This document shows, piece by piece, positions 28,126 to 41,819 of a stretch of DNA of 64,000 bases. The notes under the pieces were generated by a model. The model had not been told where the DNA came from. It saw nothing but the letters and a program-made list of their open reading frames with translations, and ran no database searches. Each line of letters starts with the position of its first letter. The first letter of the stretch is position 1. This DNA comes from Octopus vulgaris (Eukaryota), in assembly GCA_951406725.2 (NCBI GenBank), contig OX597821.1, forward strand, positions 63,054,001 to 63,118,000. Direction: 5' to 3'. The position numbers and the translations under genes were made by a program.

Positions 28126-28337
28126 AAGGTGTGCTTTAAAAGTTCCTGGCTTTCGGTAAAAGAAAATACAGGAAGATCAGTTGATCATGGTTTTTTTCAA
28201 CATATTCCCGTCTCAGATTCGCACACTTATTGCAACGGTCCTTCATATTTTTTAACCTCTGCAAAAGAACTCAGAAGTTTGAGCCTTCAACCAAGCCTTA
28301 CGTGATACCCTTAAAGCCATGAAATTTTCAGTCCCCT
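28126..28337. mobile_element. Mariner-derived MITE
   Basis: Ends aaggtgtgctttaaaagttcctggcttt and aaagccatgaaattttcagtcccct are imperfect TIRs; second copy at 50666-50859. Confidence 0.7.
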
Positions 28338-28717
28338 GCTAGCTTTTTGGAGCCCACAAGATGGCAGTACAGCCGAAAATCGATAGCCGATAGCCTTTGA
28401 GAAGCGAGGCATTTCCTACTCCATATTTTAAGAGGTCTTGTGCCTACAGGTTTTGGGATCTGACGATACATCATAAAACTATATATATACAATGGGGAAG
28501 GCCGATTCAAGGAATTACCTTAAGTTTCCCATCCATAGAGGGTTTGGTTTTATGATGTATCGTCATATCCCAAAACCTGTTGGCCCAAGACCTCTTTAAA
28601 ATATGGTGGAAGAGATGTCTTGCTTCTCAAAGGTAACAATGGAGACTATCTCCTTTGGCTATCGGCTATCGACTTCCTGCTGTACCGCAAACTTGTGAGC
28701 TTCAAAAAGTTAGCAGG
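28335..28717. mobile_element. Fold-back element with ~145-bp inverted arms
   Basis: 28335-28479 pairs with 28547-28717 (e.g. gggatctgacgatacatcataaaac / gttttatgatgtatcgtcatatccc). Confidence 0.8.
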
Positions 28718-29356
28718 AACTTCGTGAAGTGTAAACAAGGCCCGAAAATCTCCGTTCTGGAGTTAAGGATGATTCCTGGTTCAAGGGAGGGCTTTAGGAT
28801 TCTTTCCCCTTCAGCTATGCATAATTTGCAACTTTATGTCCCTTTGATGGAGTGGCCTGGGTTCTCAAGGAGTTTCCAGGAGATTGTGTATGGAAACTCA
28901 TCGTAACTCAGTTGCCAGACATGGCTGGCCAGTATTGTTACGTATCTCTTTTCCGGACCTCAGAAGGAAGACCCGTGGCTGGAAAGACGTTGTTTGAATG
29001 AGTTTCCAAATCATCCAATATATCTCCGTGGGCATGTGCTGTCGGCGCTGTGTCTGTATCTGCTGGTGTTGCTGATGTTGCTGCCGCTGTCATCGTTATT
29101 GTTGGAGCTGGGACTGCTGGTTTTGGCGTCAGTTGAGGTGGTGGTGGTGGTGGTGGCGGCGGTAATGGTATCGATGAAGGTGTTGTTGTTGTATGTATAT
29201 ATATGTGTGTGTGAGTGCGCGTGTGTGTGAGTACGCGTGTGTGTTTGTGTGTTGTAAGCATGCACACGTTGAATTGCTGAATTTTGAGGAATGGATGATA
29301 GACAAGTATTAAGTCACGGGTTTGGAGCGCAAAGCAGCGATATGTATAAATGCAAT

Positions 29357-29597
29357 GGTATTACCTATTCGAATATGCCAATAGCGCGTTCAGACTTGTA
29401 AACAAGCCATTCACTCTGTTATATCATAGGGAAAATTAAGCGCTGTAGACACAGTCTGGATAGGTGGCGCTGCAAGCTGATGTGGATTTATTTACATCAT
29501 TAATCCACAGCGAAAAATGTTCTCTTTTACAAAACAGAGTGAACAGCTTGTTTACAATTCGGAGCCTGGTATTAGAATATTTGAACTGGTAATAACA
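29357..29597. mobile_element. MITE-like element with ~65-bp imperfect inverted arms
   Basis: ttgtaaacaagccattcactctgtt pairs with aacagagtgaacagcttgtttacaa, and the pairing extends outward. Confidence 0.6.
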
Positions 29598-30849
29598 TAG
29601 CAAGTACTAAGGGTCTATAGACTATGTAGCTTATTGCAATTGAATGTTGATCTCTGAATGTGAATTCCACAAGTCTGCATTCTTCAGGAAAGAAATGTTA
29701 CACTTTTGTTTGGCGATGTATTTATATTTGTTCGTGAATTTTGAGCTAGTATTTGTAACAGTTCATTGATTTTATTTTTGCGCTTTCATTGGTTGTTATA
29801 TTTTATATCTTGTCATCATCTATTTGTGTGATCGGTGTTCACTTACCTTATATTCATTGAAAAAGGTTTCGTATAGTTAATGTGTTTTACTTAAATTTTT
29901 TATTGTCTGGACTGAATGGTTTGGTGGAGTTGTTTTTGTTTTTTATGCGTGGCTAGAGGAGTTTGAAAAAATATATTTCCTTGTGAGTCTATTGTTGTAG
30001 GCCTTCCGAATTTTACGATGAAACTTGTGAATCGGAAGCTCACTTTGTGACCATGTGCTTTTGGGTAAAGTTCTGCAGTACGTTACCTTGGTCAACTGAC
30101 TTCTTCTACACCTCCGGGTTCATAAATGCTTTGTGAAGGGAATTTGGTACACGGAAACTTAGTGAAAGTCTATTGTATACACCCCACCCCAACCCCTCAT
30201 GTATACATATATATATACTATATCCAAAATGGAGATGAACACCAATTTTAACAATATGATCGGCTTGCTCCTTGGGCAAATGTCTTCCGCTATAGCCCCG
30301 GGCCGACCCATGCCTTGTGAGTGGATTTGGTAGACGGAAACTGAAAGAAGCCCGTCGTGTATATGTATATATGTATGTGTGTTTATGTGTTTATGTGTCT
30401 GTGTTTGTACCCCCAGCATCACTTCACAACGGATGCTGGTGTGTTAACGTCCTCGTAACTTAGCGGTTCGGCAAAAGAGCCCGATAGAATAAGCACTAAG
30501 CTTACAAAGAATAAGTCCTGGGGTCGATTTGCATGGCAACAGTCAAATGACTGAATCAAGTAAAATATGTGTGTGTGTGCTTGTGTGTGTCTGTGTATAT
30601 ATATACATATATATAAATACACACACACACACACACACATGCGTTAGTGTATGAGCGCATATTTCTGATCTACTTTGTCCTTTACTGACAATCGGTGCTC
30701 GTTTATGTACCCTGTTTGCGTAAATGAGCACTGAGGCAAGATACGTACCGATGAGAATTAGATCGAGTAAACTCTTCATGATAGTACTTGTGAAAGGTGG
30801 CAATCGTCAGATTTATTGAAATACGTAAAGAATAGAAAAAAAATATATA

Positions 30850-31860
30850 GGAATTATTTCATTATTGAAGTGTTTAGAAGTGTCTGTCATTAATGGTATT
30901 TCATGGTTGATTTAAATTTGATAATGTGTTTTCAATCTTGTTTTGGCCAAGAATGAAGGATTAATATATCTTTATTGGGTGGAGAAATCGGCGAAGTTTA
31001 TTGAATTTGGCGTTTAAACAAATTAAAAATTTCTTGTTGGTTTGTTTCGATAGAGTTTGTGTCGTTTAAATTATTAATCATCAGGTGTGTTTGCTTTCGT
31101 GTGTATGTGGGAATGTATGCTTTATTCATTGTTTGTTGTTATTTGTGAATAATGTTTATGTCCCAGTTCGTTTGTTCTGCGCACTTACGTGTACTGGTCT
31201 AGGTTTGTCTGTGAATTGATTGTGTAAGTCTATGAGAAATGTTTTACATATAAAATTCAGCCCGGTTGTTTGTGGCTCAATGTCTATGGGAGGCTAATCA
31301 AGCCGAGGCATGTTCTGATTTCCCGTTGTAAATATATGTGTAGTGAATATCTGCATTTCATATGCGTGTGGGTTTTGTGACCAGGTTAATTTGCTTCTTC
31401 ACTTATGTCGTATGTCTATCATGTAGCGCAACTATAGTTGTCTTGTCCTGCTCGAATAAAATACAGTTGTTGAAATTAAATCTATTAGCTTATTTCATTC
31501 CTCTTCTTTAACGCGCAAGTCTATACGTGTATGGCCGCGCATGCGTGTATTGCTTCGTGTGATTACGTGGAACATTTTTGTGTCTATTATTTACCATTTT
31601 ATATTGTAGTCCATGTAGTCTCCATTAATTTCCAGATCTGGTCGTACACGTTCCTGTGCTACCTTTATTTTGTACATGTTCAAGAATCTGCATTTTATCT
31701 GTTTAAATGTTCTATTCGTAATATATATCGATATAATTTTGGGGTGAGGATTTGGCAGCTCTTGGATACTGTTGCTTCTTGAACAATATCCTTTAGGTAG
31801 ATTCCATATAGCGGTTATATTTCATATAATTGTAGTCTCGTAAGTATATTTTGGGTTTCA
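30850..31860 (-). mobile_element. Possible very degraded Penelope-like RT remnant
   Basis: Broken minus-strand frames give YEI*PLYGIY..DIVQEA, QNKGSTGT and KPT in RT motif order. Confidence 0.3.
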
Positions 31861-31892
31861 ATAGGTACAAAAGTAACAAGTAATCAGCAAAC

Positions 31893-32278
31893 GTGGAGGC
31901 GCAATGGCCCAGTGGTTAGGGCAGCGGACTCGCGGTCGTAGGATCGCGGTTTCGATTCCCAGACCAGGCGTTGTGAGTGTTTATTGAGCGAAAACACCTA
32001 AAGCTCCACGAGGCTCCGGCAGGGGATGGTGGTGATCCCTGCTGTACTCTTTCACCACAACTTTCTCTCACTCTTACTGCCTGTTTCTGTTGTACCTGTA
32101 TTTCAAAGGGCCGGCCTTGTCACTCTCTGTGACACGCTGAATATCCCCGAGAACTGCGTTAAGGGTACACGTGTATGTGGAGTGCTCAGCCACTTACACG
32201 TTAATTTCACGAGCAGGCTGTTCCGTTGATCGGATCAACCGGAACCCTCGTCGTCGTAACCGACGGAGTGCTTCCATC
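31893..32278 (+). mobile_element. SINE family A, young full-length copy with TSD
   Basis: A box tggcccagtgg, B box ggtttcgattcc; TSD aatcagcaaac at 31882-31892 and 32279-32289; nearly identical to the reverse complement of 27579-27969. Confidence 0.92.
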
Positions 32279-32536
32279 AATCAGCAAACACAAATGAACA
32301 AACCAACGAACCGGAAGAGAGAAATAATCACATAGACAGTAGCGAATATAAATATGCCGTCAAATATAGCCGAATGAAAATGCAGCGGTTATCGCCTGAA
32401 GGCAACCTGTGTGTGGAACTCAGTTCGGGAGATAATCACGCACGCACACAAACACACATGCATATAGCTCTATACATGGACATACTTATATATATGCGTG
32501 GATGTATGTATATATATATATACATGTGTGCGTGTG

Positions 32537-32619
<83 letters not shown>

Positions 32620-32637
32620 GTATAGATATATATATAT

Positions 32638-32880
32638 GTGAAAGCGAATGGTTCAGTGGTTAGAGCTTCGAGCTTACGATCGTGAGGTTGCAAGTTCCAT
32701 TCCCGGAACAGGCGGCGTGGTGTGTTCTTGAGCAAGATACTTGCTTCAGTTTATTCAGCTGTAAAAATGAGTTGCGATGTCACAAGTACCAAGCTGCATC
32801 GGACTTTGTGTTTCCCTTGGATAACACTGGTGGCGTGGAGAGGGGAGGCTGGTATGCATGGGCGACTGCATACCATTCCA
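32638..32880 (+). mobile_element. tRNA-head SINE, related head with a different body
   Basis: gcgaatggttcagtggttagagc..gttccattcccgga..gtgttcttgagcaagatac. A similar diverged head lies at ~59480-59700. Confidence 0.65.
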
Positions 32881-32909
32881 CGGTCATTCATGAGCGAAGG
32901 GTGTCTCGA

Positions 32910-32951
<42 letters not shown>

Positions 32952-33133
32952 TTGTGTGTGTGTCTGTGTCTGTGTGTGTGCGTGTGGGTGTGTGTGTGTG
33001 TGTGGGTGAGTGTGTGCGTGGGTGCGTGTGTGTGCGTCTTCATAATATGCGTATAGAATACCCTATAGTAATGAACACATACACAATCTCAATTTTTCGT
33101 AATATACGCCAAAACTTCTCTCTTTATTTCTTG

Positions 33134-33238
<105 letters not shown>

Positions 33239-33803
33239 ATACGTACATACACAAATACATATACATGTTTTATATTAAAACGCCTCCGTGTTACCGTCAA
33301 AATACAAAATACATATTTCAAATCCAAGCCGAAATGTTTTTAATTACGTTTCTCAATTTTCAGTTCGTATCTTAACTCACATGAAATTAATGAATATTGA
33401 GGCATTCTTATTGTACTAACGCAAAAATGCTAATTCCTTTACATTTCCCACATATGTGAATGTATTCTGCCCCTGTTGTATGTTGTGGTTTGCCTTTTTT
33501 ATCTTAAAAATCTCATATTTTGAATCCAATTATATCTGTCATCTATACAGTGAAATATTAAAATCTTTGAAATATATCTACGTTGCTTCTCTTGAGAATG
33601 CTCAGTATTGTTAATTGTTTTTTTTTATATTTCGTGCATGACAATTGATTTTATGTTTTAAATGTCTACATATATTTTGGTTTTATTTATCCCTATTTAT
33701 ATTGTACATTTTTTTCTCATGTTGATTCAATTATGTTTGAAAATATTTTGCTTTCAGTATTTCTCAAATCTTGATGATGGTTATGATGACAATATTGCTG
33801 TTG

Positions 33804-33835
<32 letters not shown>

Positions 33836-34254
33836 GTTGCCTTTTTTTGTTGCTCATAATGAAGATGAAGGCGACGATGAGACAATGACGATGATGAAGA
33901 AAAAGAAGAAGGGTAGGAAGCGGAGGAGAAGAAAGAAGAGGATGTCAATGATTGATATTATATTTGTGATTTTACAATTGTGTTTTATCATATAAAGGAA
34001 TAAGACGAATTACTATTTTAATAACGATAAACACAGTATTACAATCTTTATAAATGTCATAAATTATATTTCTACGACTGATGTTATAATAATACTGATA
34101 CTGATGTTCTATTCATAATATGAATTACGAAACTAAGCACCAGACGGAGTAGGATAATGACGAAAATATTACGACGTATAAAGTTGGAACACATATTTGC
34201 GAAGTATATGTCATATGGCCTGAAATCTAAAAAACAACAACAACAACAACAACA

Positions 34255-34319
<65 letters not shown>

Positions 34320-35252
34320 CAACAGTGCTTAAAAGTGAAATTCTGAGATTTATTAAAATATTTGTGGCAACGTGAATATTTTTTCCTGACAGAATAATAT
34401 ATATTCTTGAAGATAATGTAAGATATTCAGCTGAGTGTATACCGACTTGTAAAATGGAACGAGTTATAGTTATATCAAAAGGTAATTTTATATCCAACTA
34501 AATATTAGAACACTGAATGTTGTGTTAGAACATCGAATACTAAGTTATATAGCCTGCGATGACCTCTCATATGCAAGCATGCTACATAAAGATACTCATA
34601 TGTATATCGTTGGTTGGCGAGAATTTTCTTGAATTGATAGATCAAGTGATTTTTTTACCCCGTCCGAGCTTTTCAAAGGCAGACTTCCGATAGTGACATA
34701 ATAGCTGAACCACACTGTTTACAGTATATAAAATGTCAGTGTCATTTCTGGCAATGATGTCACAGAGAACCAGCGAGTGCTTTCAAACACCATGCGTCCA
34801 ACTGAGCTGATCTCAAGGTGAATAACGTAGTATTCGGTGCTCTAACACAACGTCCCCGTTACGTTGATAATAAAATTTGGGTTTTGGTATTGATACTGCT
34901 TCTCTCGCAACAAATTATATAATTACATATTTTAAAGTTTTAATATAGCAACAACAATTAACTGAGAGCATTCCGATACGTCTCTAGTTGATTAGGTCCA
35001 TGCATACCTATATTGGACATCCGCATTCAATGCGTGATATACCCCCAGCGTACGACTAGTGTCAAGACGTAAATAAACATTACCGCCTTAAAGGAAAGAA
35101 ATAGCGAAATATATATTGTAACAACAAAACTGCCACCTATATCTTGTTCATACGCATGAATATATACCTGTGTCTACATACGTATTACGTCATATATATA
35201 TACAAGTGTATGTCCGTTTGTGTGTGTTTGCGCGTGTGTGTTTGTGTGTGTA

Positions 35253-35332
<80 letters not shown>

Positions 35333-35994
35333 TGTTGTAGCATATTTATAGCTGAGTAAGAAAACAAATGCACGCAGTTACATCAAAACCCGATTTTTGC
35401 CATTCTCACTTTATTATAGATTACGTATTGCAGCTTGCCGCAGACACGATGAAGCATTATATTTTGTTTTGCATACATCACCATAGATAGAACTAGGATA
35501 TAATACATACCTTGCAGACCACATCACACAAACGTTTGCTCAACATATTTAGCCAATATTCGCTGTAATCGGTTGCACCTTTATCAGACGTAGCCTCTTC
35601 ATTACCTTTCAACGTTTTATTTAGAAAATAACTTACACGAGAATACATAAGAGAATGTAATGTTTTTCCAAATAAGAAACAGGAAGAAGTCATTTGTTTA
35701 ACAATTGACAGCAATGTCTAGGACACTGGTGTATTACGTAGACGTTGTTCTGATTTTCATAGTAAACTATAGAAATAAAAAATGATCTTAACTATAAGGC
35801 CGTTTTAACCTTCTATCTAACTTTCTGTTTATTTTTATGTATTCCATTTCTGCTTTTCATATCGATGCAACGAGATTATAATAAATAGTTGATTGTAGTC
35901 TACAAAAATATTAAATATCAAACATTTTACTTTATCTTACATTTCCACACACACACACACACACATGTCAATGATTGACAAATAGATATATAGT

Positions 35995-36036
<42 letters not shown>

Positions 36037-36104
36037 TTATCGGTTCGTCTATACACACACACATATATATGTATATACACCTGAATATATGTGAACATAT
36101 ATAA

Positions 36105-36157
<53 letters not shown>

Positions 36158-36480
36158 TATATATACATATATATATACTCTACATATATGTGTGTGTATA
36201 AATTGGAAGTTAAACAATAAAACGTGTTGTCTGCCAACGGATCAGATATTACCGACAATAGATCTAAAGATTGCTTTCTTTTTTCTGTTATTCAAACGAA
36301 AAATTTTCAATAAAATAAATGGCAATTACAGCTTTCTTTTTTACACACGCCTAGAATAGACATCTACTAGTGTGTAACTTGTGTGTGTGTTTGTGTATTA
36401 CATATTTTGTATGCTGAAATTACTCTATATATGGAACAATACATGACGATTTACAAATTCGAGAATACACACATACGTAG

Positions 36481-36664
<184 letters not shown>

Positions 36665-37869
36665 GGAGAACAATTTTAAAATTTACTTATATTTCTTGTT
36701 AGCAACCAAGAATTTCTTATTACAAATACTGTAATGTACTTTCCAGTTTTCCAGTAGTTTAATATTTATTCTTGCATACAGAGAGAAACTTAGATTGTTT
36801 TCAGAAGAAAGAAATTGGTTTTGAGCTCTGTTTGGATATTTATATTTAGATCGTTTTTCTTTCCATCTCAGAAATTACCCTGGAATGCTTAATGATTATT
36901 TACTAAAGTTATTTCTTGTAATTATCAAATCGTCTCCTCGTGATGCTTAGAATATTATTATCTCTATTAAGGCAGAAATCTGGCAGAATCATCATCACTA
37001 TTACTGCTGTCCTTAGTTGTAATGGCTTCGTCGGTAGTACAACTATTGAAGAAATACTGTTTCGATAGTCGTTGTCCCCTCAGACTTCATCAGTCTTAGA
37101 CAGGTCTTGTTTTTCATCCTGCAATAAATAAACCCTCCTCACAAAGTAAGTTCTGCGGGGTTGATGGTTTAGTCACCGATGACTCGACACTTGTGATTCA
37201 ATTTCTGGACGTCTTCATGCGGTGGTGGTAGTGGTGGTTTTGGTGCTGAGTGTCACGTACATGAACAAATAAGGTACGCAAAAGATGCAGTGAAAAGGAG
37301 GAAGAAAAAGAAAAAGGGAGATGAGGAAAAGTGGTGGTAGGAGAGCATGTGTGCTTCACCCTGCGTGAATGTACGGAGGATGGGAGAAAACGTGGTGAGC
37401 TGGGTGGTCGCATTGGCCTCGAGAAAGTAGGCTAAGTGTATTGCTGAGCGAAAAATGAAAGAAAGTAAGATAACCAAAAATTTGAGCTTATTTGCTTAAC
37501 TCATTAGCGTCCATGGTCCTTTTTGTAGGACCAGAAAGATAATCCATCATATTTCTGCAATACCTGTAATTTTCTGAAATATCTTTAGTTAGTTATCAAC
37601 ACTGGAGTGTTTTTAAATAGGTAATAAAATTTGTTTTATGTATTTAGGATCAGATAAACTTGCATAAAATAAAAAGATTTTTGGTAATAAATTAAATAAA
37701 CAAAATCGTACAGTAATGTTTTAAAGTAGAAACTTACGAGTTGTGATCGGGGAAAATAATATAATTTGCCATTATCATTGATGGGTGTTTTTGTCTTTAT
37801 TAATTGTGGCAGTAATAGTCGCTGCACTAGTAGTAATAATATTCAAAACTAAATCTGTACATTTTTATA

Positions 37870-38126
37870 AATAATAGATAAATGCGCCCTTTTAAAGCCT
37901 AGCCAGGCTCATGGGCCCGGTTTTTTCTGTTGCGTATGTGTTCCCCAGCTGGACGGGACTCCAATCCATCGCAGCGTTACTCCTTTTTGCTAGCTGAGTG
38001 GACTGGAGCAACGTGAAATGAAGTGTTTTGCTCAGGAACACAACGCGTCACCTGGTCCAGGAATCTAAACTACAATCTTACGATCATGGTGTTGACACCC
38101 TAACCATTAAGCCACACGCCTCCACG
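37870..38126 (-). mobile_element. tRNA-head SINE with probable TSD
   Basis: Minus-strand head gtggaggcgtgtggcttaatggttaggg; flanked by gtacattt(t/c)tata on both sides. Confidence 0.75.
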
Positions 38127-39289
38127 TACATTTCTATACGAAAGACTAATTCTTAGGGTCATTACAATTAACGTAAGTTTTTGATTTTAGCTTTTCGGCA
38201 TGGATACATTCTAGGGACTAAAGCCAGTAAAATAAAGACCTAAATACATACAAATACAAACAGAAATTCGTGTTTCCTTTGATTACAATATTTATTCTCA
38301 TTTTTACTTTTTGGTAATAAGCAGTAATTTATAGTATTTGACGTGTCTACGATGCATCTCTAACTGTTCTTATGAAATAATTAGTAATACATGAAAGGCA
38401 ACAGAATTATGACACTTCATTATTGATTTACTTGAAACCAGGTTTGTGACAGACTGAATTATCAACGTGTAAAATTAAAGTTCAACTAAATATACGATAA
38501 AAGGATAACAACAAAAGTTATAGAAAGGATTGTCCAAATATAATAACAGCTGCGGTATTGATTCCGCGGTCAATGACATTGAGACTGATTACGATACAAA
38601 GATACGTAGGAACTAAAGAATCAACGAATGGCTTCAATTAAAGTTCTGTATTTGTCGTATTGATCGGGATCCAAATCTGTTTCTTTTATAATGCACATGC
38701 ACGCAGACACATACACACATGCACACACAAACACTCACGTGTGCGTGTATATGTATGTATGTGTATGTACATGTGCGTGTGTTTATATATTGTAGTGCTT
38801 ATTCAAATATAAATATTTTGCTTCGTACGAGAGAAGAGTAACCTTAATCGTCTAGTTGAGTTATCAGTCTGTTTGGTGTAATAACACAAAACATTGTTGA
38901 TGATAATTTACGTAAAAGCAGAAGAAAACCTGTGTTGTATGCATATTTTTATATGCACGCTCTACTAAAGAACACTTGCGTATTTTCTGATAGGTTTATA
39001 AAGTTTATTAATAAAATTGATTATGTAAACCATTATATACACAGGAAATTAGAATATACATCTGGAGCAAGGGCATTTGATTGCATATATGTTTATTAAA
39101 CATGAGATATGAACAGTTGTTGATTTTATATTCTATTTTATCGGTCTCAGCAAATTCAATAAGAGAAGCTGTTTAGTGGCTATTAATCAATTATGTGAAA
39201 CAAACAACTGGTTAGAGACTCCATTAAAGAGAAAATATTAATAACAAAATTACAATAACTGTATAAGCATTAGCAAACTATTCGTGCTG

Positions 39290-39354
<65 letters not shown>

Positions 39355-40110
39355 GACATGTGTGTATGTATGTGTGTATATATGTATATATATATTTGTA
39401 TATGACTGTTCTGCAAGATATATGATAATTTAGACAGCTGTCAGTTTTATAGTCTGTTCAACAGCTAGCAAATATTCCATGAGTTTCATTGTCAGTCACA
39501 ATGTTCACTGCTTCAGGTTTTAGATAAATTATCTGTAATATTCGGCAATATGTACCTTGGTACATTTGCAAATGTTTCCGTCTGATTAGTATACAAGATA
39601 CATATGGATATCTTACTAGTGTAATGGTTTAGGGTTTAGCCACAAGGCGAACAGTTTCGAAGAGAGGCGATTCGTCGATGTTTTCGACTCCAGCCCTTGA
39701 GTGGTACCCTAACGTATGAACCCATCAAAGATCAATGACAAAGCTGATCTCGGCAGGATTTGAATTCAGAATGTACAGATCTAGAACAAATTTCGTACTG
39801 CATTTGTTTTCGACACACTAAATATTATTCCAGCTTAAAACTATTTTTTCATACTATTACAAAAAAAATTGCCTGTTAGGGAAATTTTTGTACTTGAGCG
39901 ACGAAACTTAGCGAAAGTTTCATATCTAATAATCACAAAACATATTTTCTAAAGTATTCCAAAAGTCGTATGATCAGAGGCAGTGAATGTTGCTGGTTTT
40001 GTAATATGATTCGGCTTAACCTCATGTAGTTAGCTTTAGTAATCCTCAATTTCATAGTAATAGTTCAGAATGAACAAGAAGTACTTTTAGATGCGTTATC
40101 AAGCAGCAGC

Positions 40111-40141
<31 letters not shown>

Positions 40142-40209
40142 GTAGTAGTAGTTGTTGTTGTTGTTCTAGTAGTAGTAAATGCCAGCATAATAATAGTCTA
40201 CTGCACATA

Positions 40210-40416
40210 CTTTTATTCTTTTATTTCTTTCAGTCATTTCACTGCGGCCATGGTGGAGCACTACTTTTAGTCGAGCAAATCGACCCCAGAACTTATTCTT
40301 TGTAAGCCTAGTACTTATTCTATCGGTCTCTTGCCGAACCGCTAAATTACGGGCACCTAAACACACCAGCATCGGTTGTCAAGCGATGTTGGTGGGACAA
40401 ACAGACACACAAACAT

Positions 40417-40461
<45 letters not shown>

Positions 40462-40625
40462 CGATGGGTTTTTTTCCAGTTTCCGTCTACCAAATCCACT
40501 CACAAGACTTTGGTCGGCCCGAGGCTATAGTAGAAAACACTTGCCCAAGATGCCACGCAGTGGGACTGGACCCTGAACCATGTGGTTGGTAAGCAAGCTA
40601 TTTACCACACAGCCACTCCTGTGCC
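40210..40625 (-). mobile_element. SINE family C, full-length minus-strand copy
   Basis: Reverse complement of the 12027-12480 structure, including the internal microsatellite. Confidence 0.85.
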
Positions 40626-40873
40626 TATCCCCTACACCAACGCAATATTTCTTTCTGATTTCATCACAAAGCCTGAAATCTGAGGAGAGAGAGGGAGGTA
40701 GTGGACACCGTTGAAACAACTGCCTGACTGGTACTTTGTTTTGTGGACCCCGAAACTGCATGGTTTCGCGTCCAGTCCCACTGCGTGGCACCTTTGGAAA
40801 TTATTTTCTTCTATAACCTAGGGCTGACCAACCCTTGTGAGTGGATTTGGTAGACAGAAACTGAAAGAAGTCC

Positions 40874-41412
40874 TTACATTAAGGAATTAAATAAATAGAT
40901 CAACATTTTAATGTCCTAAATTTCATGAACCAACTAATGTGTTTCTCAATTTTCTTATTTGTAATATAAATTAATGGTAAGATATTTCTTTACCTTCACC
41001 CATTTAATACAAGTAAGTTTATTGCATTGCAATTAAAATTACTTGTGTATTAATAATTGGGTATTATATCAACAGTATATTGGATAAGTAGTATCCCTTA
41101 GTGGGTTGGATCTACAACCCCTAACTTTCTTGGTGTTAAATAATAATTAAATGAGGAATAACTATTACTAATACTTGTATATGTATAAAATAGGTATGCA
41201 ATATTTGGGGTGTTGCTGGTGTTGAGTATGGTATGATAGTCCCTCAAAATGAATAATGTTGGGAAAATGGAGATAATAAAGATGGACTCATCACTAAAGG
41301 ATATACCAATACCAACTGAGGACATTTACATTAAGGGATTAAATAAATAAGTCAAAATTTTAATGTCCCAAAGTTGATGAACCAAGTAACGTATTTCTCC
41401 ATTTTCTTATCT
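40874..41412. repeat. Diverged ~85-bp direct repeats, period 452 bp
   Basis: ttacattaagg.attaaataaata..tcaa.attttaatgtcc.aa..t..atgaaccaa at 40874 and 41326. Confidence 0.7.
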
Positions 41413-41414
41413 GC

Positions 41415-41462
<48 letters not shown>

Positions 41463-41492
41463 ATATATATATTTTTGTAAACTCTCCCTATA

Positions 41493-41576
<84 letters not shown>

Positions 41577-41784
41577 CGTGTTTTTGTGTATGTCTTTGTC
41601 CCCCTCCTTAACTTGAGAACCGATGTTGGTGTGCTTATATTCCCGTAACTTAGCGGGTCGGCAAAAGAGACCGATAGAAAAAGTACTATGCTTACAAAGA
41701 TTGAATCCTAGGTTCGAATCGTTCGACTAAAGACTATGCTCCAGCACGGCCAGTCAAATGACTGGAACAAATAAAAGAACAAAA

Positions 41785-41819
<35 letters not shown>

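Noticed and set aside
28938-29267. Pro/Thr/Ala-rich mucin-like ORF
   Set aside because: Arises from decayed GGT/GCT/GTT trinucleotide repeats and has no convincing splice context.
31895-31970. tRNA-like sequence
   Set aside because: It is the SINE head, continuous with the SINE body and bounded by a TSD.
27632-32229. Near-identical ORFs MVVIPAVLFHHNFLSLLLPVSVV (also 15555-15800)
   Set aside because: Chance ORFs within SINE family A copies, not a gene family.
41098-41325. Possible mitochondrial insertion (SFWG-like codons)
   Set aside because: The similarity covers only a few codons and does not extend.
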